Shown here in pieces: positions 34,660-44,827 of a stretch of DNA of 64,000 nt. The translations under genes and the position numbers were made by a program. The notes under the pieces were generated by a model. The model made no database searches. It saw nothing but the letters and a program-made list of their open reading frames with translations, and had not been told where the DNA came from. Source of the DNA: an uncultured Chloroflexia bacterium (lineage in GTDB: Bacteria > Chloroflexota > Limnocylindria > Limnocylindrales > CSP1-4); NCBI GenBank assembly GCA_963746075.1, contig CAVUZY010000007.1:143338-207337 (forward strand). Direction: 5' to 3'. The first letter of the stretch is position 1. Each line of letters starts with the position of its first letter.

Positions 34660-36081
34660 TCAGCCGCCGGCCGGCCCGCCGCCGAGGCCCGGCTCGGTCA
34701 TCGACGCGGGGTCGAGAAGCTCGTCGAGGCGGCCGGGCGCGATTCCTCGCTCGGTGGCGAGCTCCCGGATTGTCCGCCCGGTCTTGAACGCCTCCTTGGC
34801 GAGCGCCGCCGCGGCGTCGTAGCCGATCTCCGGTGCCAGCGCGGTCGCCAGCATCAGGCCCTGCTCGACGAGGGCCGGCCCGCGATCGGTGGCGCTCAGG
34901 CCGGTGATCGCCCGATCGGCGAAATTGCGCGCGGCCGCACCGAGGAGCGCGATCGACTCGAGCAGCGCCGCGGCCGTGACCGGCAGCATGACGTTCAGCT
35001 CGAGGAACGAGCCGGTCTGGCCGAAGGCGACGGTCGTGTCGTTGCCGAGGACGCGGGCGACGACCATCGTCAGGCTCTCGACGATGACCGGGTTCACCTT
35101 GCCGGGCATGATCGACGAGCCCGGTTGCGTCTCCGGCAGCGCGATCTCCGCCAGGCCTGCTCGCGGGCCCATCCCCATCAGTCGGATGTCGCTGCCGATC
35201 TTCCAGAGCGAGAGGGCGATCGTCCGGAGGGCGCCGTGGGCCGCGATCGCGGCATCGAGCGTCGCCTGGGCATGGAAGTGGTTGGCCGTCTCACGGACCT
35301 CGAGACCGGTGAGCGCTGACAGCCGGGCGCAGGCCGCCGCGGCGTAGTCGGGGTGGGCGTTGATGCCAGTCCCGACTGCCGTCCCGCCGAGCGGCACGAC
35401 GAGCAGCTCGGCCTGGGCGGCCCGCGCCCGACGGATCGACTCCTCGACCTGGCCGGCATAGCCGCGGAACTCCTGGCCGAGCCGGATCGGCGTCGCGTCC
35501 TGGAGGTGCGTCCGACCGGTCTTGACGATCGGCCAGAGGAGCGTGCCCTTCGCGTCGAGGGCGGCCCGCAGCAGCTCGAGGGCCGGCAGGAGCTCGGACT
35601 CGATCGTCATGGCCGCCGACAGCTGGAGCGCGGTCGGGATCACGTCGTTCGACGACTGGCAACGGTTGACGTGGTCGTTCGGATGGACGGTGATCGACGA
35701 GCCGGCGGCAGCCAGCCGGGCGCTGGCCAGATGAGCCACGACCTCGTTCATGTTCGTGTTCGTCGACGTGCCCGAGCCGGTCTGGTAGACGTCAATCGGG
35801 AACTGATCGGCGTGGCCGCCGGCGGCGACCTCGGCCGCAGCGATCGCGATGGCGTCGGCGACGCCGCCTTCCAGGAGCCCGAGCCCGGCGTTCGTCTCGG
35901 CCGCCGCCTGCTTGATCAGGGCCAGGGCGGCGATGAACGGCTGCGGAAAGCGCTGGCCGGAGATCGGAAAGTTCAGGACGGCGCGCTGGGTCGAGGCGCC
36001 GTACAGCGCATCGGCGGGCACCTCCATCTCGCCCATCGAGTCGCGCTCCAGCCGGGTCGCAGCCCGCGGTTCGGTCGTCAT
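34660..36081 (-). CDS. Class II fumarate hydratase / aspartate ammonia-lyase family enzyme (fumarase-like)
   Basis: 473-aa ORF. QTGSGTSTNTNMNEV, GRTHLQDATPIRLGQEF and the signature GSSIMPGKVNP. The first two motifs look FumC-like, while VNPVIVE after the signature is more aspartase-like. Confidence 0.85.
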   Translation of the reverse strand: MTTEPRAATRLERDSMGEMEVPADALYGASTQRAVLNFPISGQRFPQPFIAALALIKQAAAETNAGLGLLEGGVADAIAIAAAEVAAGGHADQFPIDVYQTGSGTSTNTNMNEVVAHLASARLAAAGSSITVHPNDHVNRCQSSNDVIPTALQLSAAMTIESELLPALELLRAALDAKGTLLWPIVKTGRTHLQDATPIRLGQEFRGYAGQVEESIRRARAAQAELLVVPLGGTAVGTGINAHPDYAAAACARLSALTGLEVRETANHFHAQATLDAAIAAHGALRTIALSLWKIGSDIRLMGMGPRAGLAEIALPETQPGSSIMPGKVNPVIVESLTMVVARVLGNDTTVAFGQTGSFLELNVMLPVTAAALLESIALLGAAARNFADRAITGLSATDRGPALVEQGLMLATALAPEIGYDAAAALAKEAFKTGRTIRELATERGIAPGRLDELLDPASMTEPGLGGGPAGG

Positions 36082-36171
36082 CGTCGAATTGTAGGCGGCG
36101 CCGGTGGACAGCCGACCGCCGGCGCGAGGTGCTCGCGCCCGGCGGCGGGCCAGTGCGGGAGCGCCGATCCC

Positions 36172-39100
36172 TCAGCGGATCGTGATCGACGTGGCCGGGG
36201 TCAAGTTCGCGATCGACTCATCGGTGCCCGACTGGGCGACCGCCGGCTCCCACGCGTAGGTTCCCGGCGTGATCACGCGAGCGACGTAGCGCAAGGTGAA
36301 CTCCCTGCGCTTCTCGGTTGGCCCGACGCAGAAGACCACCCGCGACGCGGTCTGGTCGTACGGCAGGATCACGCCGTCGTCCGGGAGCGGCTCGTCGAAG
36401 TCCGGGTTGAACCAGCGCGAGTCGGGTCCCATCGGGGCCATGCCGCTCGGGACCAGGTCGGTGACCTGGCGGCAGCCGTTCGCGGCCTGGGCCGTGAAGG
36501 TGACGTGGAGCTCGACGACGACGAGATCCGACGCCGTGATCGAGCTGGCGGGCAGGATCGAGCGCGTGATCGTGAGGTCCGGGTCAGCCGTGAACACGGC
36601 CGGCTCGACGTCCTCACGCCAGGTCGTCGTCACGCCGACGGTCCCGCCCAGCCGTTCGAGCGAGAGCGATGCCAGCTGGGCAGGGGTCAGGTCGAGCCGG
36701 AGCGACTCGGCGGCCCCGAGCTCCACGACGTGGCGCGTCCCGCCGACCGTCCACGCGAAGCGCGCCGGCTGGACGGGCTGGCGGTCGAGGATGTGGGTGA
36801 CGTACGCGATCGCCGGGAGGACCTCGATCCGATCGCGGGCCGGGTTGGCCTCGACATACGCCCAGAACCGGGGACCGAGCGGGCTGCCGACGGCCGCGGC
36901 GAGCACAGCGGCGAGCGCCGTCCCCTCCGTGATGTCGGCGGCGGACCTGCCGACGCGCAGCCGGGCCAGCGTGCCGGCCTGCTCGCCGGACGCCCGGACG
37001 ACGGTGTCGAGGATGTGGCGCGCGGTGGCGGAGTCACCGAGGCTGGCCGCGCCGAGGCCGAGCAGGAGCTGCTCGCGCACCGTCAGCGCAGGATCCGCCG
37101 CGGCGGTCCTGAGCGCGGTCAGGACCGGCTCGCCGAGACCCGCCAGGCCGGCCAGGGCAAACAGCCGCCGCTCACGGGTCTCGCCCGCATGGTCGCGGAT
37201 CGCCCGGAGGTAGCCGGCGAGCCGGACGCGATCCACCCGATCGGGCGCGATGATCGCTGCGAGGACGGACGGCTCGAGATCGCTGCTGCCGTACGGGACG
37301 AGCGCGAGACCGCCGTCGATGGCGAGATAGCGCTCGGCGGCGAACGGCGCGGCGGTCGGGTCCCGCTCGTCGAGTCCGAAGCGCGCCTTCAGGAGCGACC
37401 TGGCGAGATCGGCCGCAAGGGTCCGATCGAGGCGGGCGCCGCTGCCGCCGGCGAGGTCGGTCAGGAGCGGCAGGTACCGGCCGCCGCTGGCGTCGGCCAC
37501 GAGCACGGTCGTGAAGCCGTCGCCGCCGCGGAAGGCACCGCCGGCCGGGAGCTCGACGTAGCCCGTTCGCTGCCGGGACAGACGGGTGTCGACCACGCCG
37601 AAGCTGCGGGTCAGGCGGTCGGTCCGCGCGGCGGCGCCGCTGCCCGTCGTGGCCGCAATCGTGAGGGTCTGGGTTCCGGTCGTTAGGACCGGCAACGGAA
37701 CGTCGACCGAGGCGAACGCGCGGGACGCGATCGGGCCGCTGTCGAAACCGAGGCTCGTCGAGGTGACCCGGATCGTGACCGGTGCGCCGGGCTCGATCGC
37801 CGAGCCGTAGGTCCGAACGGCGATGGTGGGGCGGTCGGCCGCGAGGTACTCCGGCGCGATCGAGGCGTCGACGAAGAACGGCAGGCCGACCGGCACGAGC
37901 ACCGATCCGACGCCCGCCTGGAGGCGGCTCGTGACCGCCGACGCGGTGACGCGCCACGACGTGAGATCGTCCGACAGCCGGAAGGACACGTTGCCGCGGC
38001 CGTCTGGGCCAGTCGTGATCGCCTCGAACAGGAGCGAATCGCGGAAGTCGTCGCGGTCGTCACCCCCGCCGCCGGTCGTGTCGCCGCCTTCGTTCTGGCC
38101 CTGCGGATGACGATGCGAGCGATACGTGTCGACCATCCCGTCGGAGATCCCGCCATAGAGCTCGACGAGCGGATCCTCCGCCGTCGCACCGTTGATCGCG
38201 AACAGCTTCTCGTCGATGGCCCGGAGGACCACCGTTGCGGAGACCGGGGCTCCGCTTCCGGATCGGGTCCGGACCTCGATGGTGACCGTGCCGCCCGGGG
38301 CATAGCGCGACGCGTCGGTGGTCAGCTCGACGTCCAGCCGGCGATCGGCGACGCGGAACGTGGCCGTGTACCAGGCCGTGCCGACGTACGCGGTGCCGGT
38401 GAAGCGGACCGCCCCGATCGACAGGTTCGGCGCGCCCCAGGTCGGGAACGTCATCTGGTGGCGACGCGTCGATTGGACCGTGGCGGCCCGGATCCCGCGC
38501 TGGGCCGTGAAGAACAGGTAGCGCGTGCCGTCGTTGGCGGTCTGGGCCAGGCTCGGATCGGTCATCCGGACGTCGATCCGCTGCCCGATGCCGAACTCGT
38601 TGCTCTGGTCGGGCGCCGGGGACGTCAGGTCGAGGGTCGGGTACTCGGTGTTCTCGTACGGATTCTCGCGGGTCCGACTGGCCGACGTCGTGCGACGCGC
38701 GACATGGCCGTCCGGATCGCCGACGGAGGCCCGGACCTGGTAGGTGTGTGCAGGGTTCGCGGCAGGCACCGACGCCGTCCACGATCCGTCCGCCGCGGTC
38801 TGGACCCGGACGGTGCCGGCGTCGACCTCCGTGGTGTCGTAGCGATAGCGCGGCACGACGCGCTTCTCGACGAAGTCGTACTCGGTCCCTTCCTGCACCC
38901 GCTTCGGCACGAGCTCGGTGAACCGGACCGTCACGGTCGCGTTCCGGACGGCCGCCCCGCGCGCGTCCAGGTTCCAGTCGAACTCGCCGTTGGCAAGGGC
39001 CGCCTCGAGCCGATTCACGGCGACGACATGGACGCCGCCGGACGCGATGACGCGGCCGTTGGCGATCCGGGCGGTCGCGTCGACGGTCCGGCTGCTCGGG

Positions 39101-41382
39101 AAGATCAGGACCTCACGACTCGCGGCCCCGATCTCCGCCTCCTCGGCCCGGGTCGGCATCGCCTGGATCGACGCCCAGGCCGGATCCTCCGGGAACCCGT
39201 CGTCCTCGATCGCGGCGACGGTTCGCCAGACCGCGGTGCCAAGCGAATCGGTCGTGGCCGAGCCGCTGGCGAAGCCGGCGAGGCGGAGGTCGACGCCGGG
39301 GACGGGTGTGCCTTCGAAGAAGTGGGCACCGATCGTGACCCGGACCTGGTCGCCGACGATGTAGACGCGCCGGCCGGTCGTCACGTCAAGCTGGTACGCC
39401 GGCTTGGCGATCGCGCCGACGACGATCATCGTGCTCCGGACGACGCGGCTGCCGAGCGCCATCGTGATCGAGTAGTAGCCGTCGGGCAGTCCCGCCAGGG
39501 CAAGCGTCCCGTGGAAGACGCCCGCCGCGTTGGGCCGGGGCGTCAGGGTCGTGATCGATGGGCCGGCGCCGTCGGCGCTCTGGAGACGGATCGTGACCTC
39601 GGTCGGAACGCTGCCGTTGTCGCGATCCCGGGCAAGTCCCCAGAGGTTGACGGTGTCACCCGGCCGGTACCGGCTCCGGTCGGTGTGAAGGAGGCTCCAG
39701 GTCCGGGCGTCCGCCTCGGACCACCAGTACGTGCCGGCGTAATACTCGAGCTGGTCGTAGCCGCTCGAGAGGGGCAGGAAGACCTCCCGGCCGGCCGGCG
39801 TTCGGACCACCACGACCGGGTCGCACGGCCGGGAGCAGGCGTCGCCGGTCGACGGCAGGAGGCTCTTCGGCGTGCTGCCGACGGCCAGGCCGCGTTCGTC
39901 GGTCCGGGCAAATCGGACGCCGTCGCTCGCGATGGTGGCGCCGACGATCGGCTTGCCGCTGGCCAGGTCGTTTGCCCAGACGAGCGTCTTCGTGTCCGAG
40001 ACAGCGAGGTAGCCCGCGACGTCGGTGACCTGGAGGACCGTCTGGATCGGCTTGGTGCCGTCCGCCTGCTGCACGAGGTACCAGCCCGCGGGCAGGCGTT
40101 CGGGCAGCCGGACCCAGAACGCATTGCGATACGGAGTGAGCGGGAGATCGGCGGACAGGATCCGGCGGAGACGGGTGACGTCGACGAGCCCGGTCGCGGA
40201 CCACTCGGTCCATTGGGGACGGGCTCGGAGCGACCGATAGGCGTCGATCGCCGCGGCGAGATCCGGCAGGCGGTAGACGGCGATCCGGGTCGTCGTCGGT
40301 GGCTTCGTCCTGCTGAATGACCACAGACCGATCGTCGGGCGCTCGGAGGTCGGCGATTCGGTCACCTCGTCGGGGAACACGAACGTGCGCCGATTCGCAC
40401 CGCCGCCCTTGGCGGACGTCTCGAACTGGAACCGCGTGTCCACGACGGTCGCCTCGCCGGTGGCAGGGACCTTGATCCCGCGCGTCACGGTGACGCTGTA
40501 GACGGTGCTGGCGGCGAGCGGCCGGTTCGGGATGAAGGCGAGGGTCCGGCCATGCTGCTCGAACCGGCCGGCGATTGCGGGCTCGATCGAGAAGTGGGCC
40601 GCCGCGCCATCGACGCCATCCTGGTCGAACGTCACCTCGATTCCGGTGTCGAGCGGGACCCCGGCGGTCTCGTGGCCGGGCAGGGTGCCGACGATCCGGA
40701 GCGGTTGCTTCGCCTGGAAGGCCCACGTGTCGAGGAGCTGGCCGCCTTCGCCGCTGAGGGCAAAGCGGTACACGGAGCCGGCACGCAGCGGCTTCACAGG
40801 ATCGAGGACGACGGCGCGATCGCCGGCTTCCTTCGTGACCGTGAACGCGAGTGCGGGCTCGACGGTGACGCGGCTGGCCAGGGTCGACGCCGGCGTGGCG
40901 TCGGTGCTCTCGAGGCGGAAGCCCGCGTCGAGCGGGACGATGGCACCGACGGCGCCGCGGGCCGTGAGGACCGCGGTGGGCTCGACGGACGTGCCGGTCA
41001 GGGGCTGGAAGCCGCCCGCCGGGTCAGTGCTGCCCGTGCTTGCGGTCGGCGAGGGCGCTGTCGAGGCGTTCGGGCCGCTCGAGAGCGACGGGTTCGGCCC
41101 GAGGGTCGCGGCGGCGATCGTGCCGTCGGCGGATCTGCCGCCGTTCCAGGCGAGGAGACTTCCCACGAGGGCGGTGGCCAGCACGGCAACCGTGATGGCC
41201 ACGGCCCGCTGTCCGCGTGCCGTGGCGAGAAAACGCGGTGTTCGCGGCCGCCGGGCGGCGGCGGAGCCGGTCGTGGGCTCGAATGCCGGTTCGCCGGGCG
41301 CCGGGAAGGCGGTCTCGTCAGGAAGGTCGGGCTGGAGCGAGGTGACGGCCTGCTCGTTGGCCCGTTCGGGATCGAACATCAT
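36172..41382 (-). CDS. Alpha-2-macroglobulin family protein, N-terminally membrane-anchored, lacking the CxEQ thioester
   Basis: Single 1736-aa ORF. TM anchor AVAITVAVLATALVGSLLAW. Long series of beta-sandwich (MG/Ig-like) segments. An alpha-helical TED-like region where the usual PYGCxEQ reads LVPYGSSDLEPS. No CxEQ anywhere in the protein. Confidence 0.8.
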   Translation of the reverse strand: MMFDPERANEQAVTSLQPDLPDETAFPAPGEPAFEPTTGSAAARRPRTPRFLATARGQRAVAITVAVLATALVGSLLAWNGGRSADGTIAAATLGPNPSLSSGPNASTAPSPTASTGSTDPAGGFQPLTGTSVEPTAVLTARGAVGAIVPLDAGFRLESTDATPASTLASRVTVEPALAFTVTKEAGDRAVVLDPVKPLRAGSVYRFALSGEGGQLLDTWAFQAKQPLRIVGTLPGHETAGVPLDTGIEVTFDQDGVDGAAAHFSIEPAIAGRFEQHGRTLAFIPNRPLAASTVYSVTVTRGIKVPATGEATVVDTRFQFETSAKGGGANRRTFVFPDEVTESPTSERPTIGLWSFSRTKPPTTTRIAVYRLPDLAAAIDAYRSLRARPQWTEWSATGLVDVTRLRRILSADLPLTPYRNAFWVRLPERLPAGWYLVQQADGTKPIQTVLQVTDVAGYLAVSDTKTLVWANDLASGKPIVGATIASDGVRFARTDERGLAVGSTPKSLLPSTGDACSRPCDPVVVVRTPAGREVFLPLSSGYDQLEYYAGTYWWSEADARTWSLLHTDRSRYRPGDTVNLWGLARDRDNGSVPTEVTIRLQSADGAGPSITTLTPRPNAAGVFHGTLALAGLPDGYYSITMALGSRVVRSTMIVVGAIAKPAYQLDVTTGRRVYIVGDQVRVTIGAHFFEGTPVPGVDLRLAGFASGSATTDSLGTAVWRTVAAIEDDGFPEDPAWASIQAMPTRAEEAEIGAASREVLIFPSSRTVDATARIANGRVIASGGVHVVAVNRLEAALANGEFDWNLDARGAAVRNATVTVRFTELVPKRVQEGTEYDFVEKRVVPRYRYDTTEVDAGTVRVQTAADGSWTASVPAANPAHTYQVRASVGDPDGHVARRTTSASRTRENPYENTEYPTLDLTSPAPDQSNEFGIGQRIDVRMTDPSLAQTANDGTRYLFFTAQRGIRAATVQSTRRHQMTFPTWGAPNLSIGAVRFTGTAYVGTAWYTATFRVADRRLDVELTTDASRYAPGGTVTIEVRTRSGSGAPVSATVVLRAIDEKLFAINGATAEDPLVELYGGISDGMVDTYRSHRHPQGQNEGGDTTGGGGDDRDDFRDSLLFEAITTGPDGRGNVSFRLSDDLTSWRVTASAVTSRLQAGVGSVLVPVGLPFFVDASIAPEYLAADRPTIAVRTYGSAIEPGAPVTIRVTSTSLGFDSGPIASRAFASVDVPLPVLTTGTQTLTIAATTGSGAAARTDRLTRSFGVVDTRLSRQRTGYVELPAGGAFRGGDGFTTVLVADASGGRYLPLLTDLAGGSGARLDRTLAADLARSLLKARFGLDERDPTAAPFAAERYLAIDGGLALVPYGSSDLEPSVLAAIIAPDRVDRVRLAGYLRAIRDHAGETRERRLFALAGLAGLGEPVLTALRTAAADPALTVREQLLLGLGAASLGDSATARHILDTVVRASGEQAGTLARLRVGRSAADITEGTALAAVLAAAVGSPLGPRFWAYVEANPARDRIEVLPAIAYVTHILDRQPVQPARFAWTVGGTRHVVELGAAESLRLDLTPAQLASLSLERLGGTVGVTTTWREDVEPAVFTADPDLTITRSILPASSITASDLVVVELHVTFTAQAANGCRQVTDLVPSGMAPMGPDSRWFNPDFDEPLPDDGVILPYDQTASRVVFCVGPTEKRREFTLRYVARVITPGTYAWEPAVAQSGTDESIANLTPATSITIR

Positions 41383-41548
41383 CGGGCTCCCCCCACCGCT
41401 CGGTGGGACGAGTGGCCGGGATGCGGTTCCTGGGCGGTGACTCCGGGCCGGCCTGCTCAGCGGTGAGACGAGAAGCGCGCGGCCGTGTTACGGGACTGCC
41501 TGGCGCCTGTCGGCGAGATGACTCGATGGCCCGGGGCCGCGACCCACG

Positions 41549-42488
41549 TCAGGGGTCGAGACGACGCGTGTACCGGCGATGCAGGGCAAGCTCGTGGAAG
41601 CCGGCGGAACGGTACAGGGCCTCGGACGCGGCGTTCGACCTGAGCGAGAAGACGATCGCGTCGCGCAGGCCGGCCGCCCGCATCAGGCGCAATCCGTGGC
41701 GCATGATCACCCGCCCCAGCCCGCGCCGCTGGTGATCGGGATGGACCCCGACCGGCTCGAACTCGCCGATCGACCCGACCGGGTCGACCCAGCACATCGC
41801 GAACGCGGCGATGGATCCGTCGGCCGCCTCGAGAACGATGTCGCGATCGAATGCGTAACGCGGCTGGGTCCGAAGGATCCCGTACTTCTCGACGGTCATC
41901 TTCGATGGAGCGAAGGCCGCACGATGGACCTCCACCCGAGCCGGCACCTCTTCGGGGCCGCGGAGCGAGCGCAGGACGTAGCCGTCGGGAACGCGCGGCG
42001 GATCCAGCTCGAGGTCTAGCGCCTGGAGGTATTGCGTCAGGACCGTGGCGGTCGCGGTCCAGCCGCGCTCGCGGAGGGCGGCCTGCTCTCGCCAGCCATC
42101 GGCCGCCCAGGTCTCGAGCTCGAGCGGTTCAGGCGTCGAGACCAGCAGCGCCGGCGCGCGCGACGTCCGCGTGCCAGGCGAGGATCTCGTCGCGAACGGC
42201 GACCTCCTCGATCGTCGTGAGGCCATCGGCCACGAACGAATCGAGGCTGGCCGGCGGGTTGATCCAGCCCCAGCCGACGACGACTCCGCCGAGCTCCCAG
42301 ATCCGAATCCGGTTCGGCCAGTCGGCATCCGGTCCGCCGCCGGCCGTCCACCACTCGAGATCGCCCGGCGTGCACGAGACCAACGGCCGACGCGGGCTCG
42401 CCCAGGCGGCCGAGACGGCCGCGCTCATGGCCCGCACATCGTCGGGCGCGGTCCAGGGGCGCGAGGTCAGGGCAGAGACGGTGCTCAT
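41549..42488 (-). pseudogene. Two-domain GNAT acetyltransferase; one frameshift near 42160 as assembled
   Basis: ORF 42129..42488 (MSTVSALTSRPWTAPDDV...ILAWHADVARA) continues in ORF 41549..42328 as ALLVSTPEPLELETW...VHPDHQRRGLGRVIMRHGL (acetyl-CoA motif). Confidence 0.7.
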
Positions 42489-42640
42489 CGCGGGGCGAGG
42501 ATAGCCCGCCGACCCGTGCGACCCTGGGCGCCGCTCCAGTCGCGCTCGGCGCTCCGGACGCGCTCGGCGCTCCTCGCGAGCGGCGGTCCTCGCCGGGCGC
42601 CCGTAGACTTCGCCGCCGGGGGAGGGAGGAGACGCTTCGG

Positions 42641-43573
42641 GTGCAGACGATCCAGGCCAACGGCCTCGACATCGCCTATGACGTCCACGGCGCCGGGCCG
42701 CCGCTGGTGCTCCTCCACGGCGCGACGTCGATTGGGAGCCGCGACTTCGCGGCCCAGATCCCGCTGTTCTCGCGCGCGTTCCGGCTCCATGTTCCCGACG
42801 CTCGCGGGCACGGCCGGACCCGCTGGGACGCGTCCGCCGGGTTCCGCTACGACTGGCTGGTCGACGACCTCGCTGCCTTCGTCGACGCCGTGGGGCTCGA
42901 GACCTTCCACCTCGTCGGGTTCTCGATGGGCGCGATGACCGCGTTGCAGTACGCCGTGCGCAGCCCGGAGCGCCTGCGCACCTTGACGGTGGTGGGGATC
43001 ACCACGCAGCGCGAGCCTCGGGCGTCGGTCGGGCGACGGCTGATGGATCCCGAACGCGCCGATCGCGAGGAGCCGGCGTGGGTCGCCGAGCTGGGCCGCC
43101 GTCACGACGCGGGCCAGGGCGTCGATTCGTGGCGGGGGTTGCTGCCCGCGATCGCCGCCGACATCGCCGTCCAGCCGCTGCTCTCGCCGCGCGACCTGCG
43201 CCGGATCGACGCACCGGCGATGGTCGTCTGCGGCGACCGCGACCCGTTCGTTCCGGTCGATCATGCCTGGGGCCTCAAGCGTCAGCTGCCGGACGGCCGC
43301 CTGTTCGTCGCGCCGGACTGCGGCCACGAGGTCATGTCACGGAAGCCGAGCCTGTTCAACGAGGCGCTCGCGGGGTTCTTCCGGTCGACCGCGACCGTGG
43401 CCGCCCAGCGTGCCGCGGCAGATCGGCCCGATCCGATCGCCGTGGATCCGGTCCCCGGCGAGCCGCAGCCATCGGACAACCCGCTCGCCGAGGCGCCGAC
43501 CGCCGATCCGGGCACCGCCAGCGACTGGCTCGCCGACGCGAGCCGTCAACCCCGTCAAGGAGGCGAATCATGA
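42641..43573 (+). CDS. Alpha/beta-fold hydrolase
   Basis: 310-aa ORF with LVLLHGAT (oxyanion HG), nucleophile elbow GFSMGA and a late DCGHEV His. Pro-rich C-terminal tail. Confidence 0.85.
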   Translation: MQTIQANGLDIAYDVHGAGPPLVLLHGATSIGSRDFAAQIPLFSRAFRLHVPDARGHGRTRWDASAGFRYDWLVDDLAAFVDAVGLETFHLVGFSMGAMTALQYAVRSPERLRTLTVVGITTQREPRASVGRRLMDPERADREEPAWVAELGRRHDAGQGVDSWRGLLPAIAADIAVQPLLSPRDLRRIDAPAMVVCGDRDPFVPVDHAWGLKRQLPDGRLFVAPDCGHEVMSRKPSLFNEALAGFFRSTATVAAQRAAADRPDPIAVDPVPGEPQPSDNPLAEAPTADPGTASDWLADASRQPRQGGES

Positions 43574-43893
43574 CCACGCTGCTCGCGACCTATCGCCGAC
43601 CCGAGGGCGGAGAGGAGGCCCTCGAGACCTTCCTTCGGCGCTACCACGCCGAGCATCTGCCGCTCGTCGCCGGGACGCCGGGCTTGCGCTCGACTCGCGT
43701 CCAGCGGGTCGCCGAAGCCCTGGGTGGCGAGACCGACCTCGTCCTGATGACGGCGATGGAGTTCGACGACCGGGCGGCCCTCGATGCCGGCCTCGCATCG
43801 GACGCGATGCGCCAGGCCGGCCGCAACCTGCGCGAGATCGCACCCGGGATCGCGTCCTTCCTGGTCCTGGAGGAAGTGCCGGCCGGCGGTTGA
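43570..43893 (+). CDS. EthD-domain protein
   Basis: ATG 43570 overlaps the upstream TGA. The 107-aa MTTLLATYRRPEGGEEALETFLRRYHAEHLPLV...MEFDDRAALDAGLASDAMR fits the small dimeric alpha+beta-barrel EthD pattern. Confidence 0.65.
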   Translation: MTTLLATYRRPEGGEEALETFLRRYHAEHLPLVAGTPGLRSTRVQRVAEALGGETDLVLMTAMEFDDRAALDAGLASDAMRQAGRNLREIAPGIASFLVLEEVPAGG

Positions 43894-43987
43894 CTCGCAG
43901 CGGATGCGCGCGCATTCGCGGGACCGAATCGTCCGGACTTCGCGCCGCCGCCGCTCGCTGCTACTGTGAGCGCGGACGGAGGACCGC

Positions 43988-44824
43988 TTGACCCAGACCG
44001 CGCCGACCGAGACCCCCCAGCCGGCCGACCGCCGCCTCGTCAGCATCGTGTTTCCCGCGCCGGGCGGCGACGGCCCGGTCGACGGCGTCGCGCTCGTGAC
44101 GATCGAGCGACCGGATGTCCTGAACGCCCTGAGCTTCGACCTCCTCGACGAGCTCGCCGAAGGCCTGGCGGCCCTCGACGCCGACGCCGCGTGCCGGGCG
44201 ATCGTCCTGACCGGCTCCGGGACGCGAGCCTTCGCGGCCGGGGCCGACATCAAGGAGCTGTCCGTCCAGACCCCGATCAGCCTGCTGGTCGAGGACCGGT
44301 TCGGCGTCTGGGAGCGGATCGCGGCGATCCGGACCCCGCTGATCGCCGCGGTCCGCGGGTTCGCGCTCGGCGGCGGCTGCGAGCTGGCGATGAGCTGCGA
44401 CCTGATCGTCGCCGGCGACGACGCCCAGTTCGGCCAGCCCGAGATCAACCTCGGCGTGATGCCGGGCGCCGGTGGGACCCAGCGGTTGACCCGGGCGATC
44501 GGGCGGGCGCGGGCGATGGACCTGATCCTGACCGGCCGGAACCTGTCAGCTCGCGAGGCCGAGTCGATGGGCCTCGTCAGCCGGGTTGTTCCCGCCGACG
44601 AGACGCTGCCCGCCGCGCTGGACCTGGCCCGGACGATCGCCAGCAAGCCGCCGATCGCCGTGCTGGCCGCCAAGGAGGCCGTCCGTCTGGCGGAGGAGCT
44701 TCCGCTGTCGGCCGGGCTGCGCCACGAGCGACGGGCGTTCTTCGCCCTCTTTGCGAGCCAAGACCAGGGAGAAGGAATGTCGGCCTTCGTCGCGAAGCGT
44801 CGGCCGGAGTGGAAGGGACGCTGA
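43988..44824 (+). CDS. Enoyl-CoA hydratase/isomerase (crotonase) family
   Basis: 278-aa ORF. LTGSGTRAFAAGADIKE, GFALGGGCELAMSCD and GQPEINLGVMPGAGGTQRL are classical crotonase motifs. Confidence 0.9.
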   Translation: MTQTAPTETPQPADRRLVSIVFPAPGGDGPVDGVALVTIERPDVLNALSFDLLDELAEGLAALDADAACRAIVLTGSGTRAFAAGADIKELSVQTPISLLVEDRFGVWERIAAIRTPLIAAVRGFALGGGCELAMSCDLIVAGDDAQFGQPEINLGVMPGAGGTQRLTRAIGRARAMDLILTGRNLSAREAESMGLVSRVVPADETLPAALDLARTIASKPPIAVLAAKEAVRLAEELPLSAGLRHERRAFFALFASQDQGEGMSAFVAKRRPEWKGR

Positions 44825-44827
44825 CCG

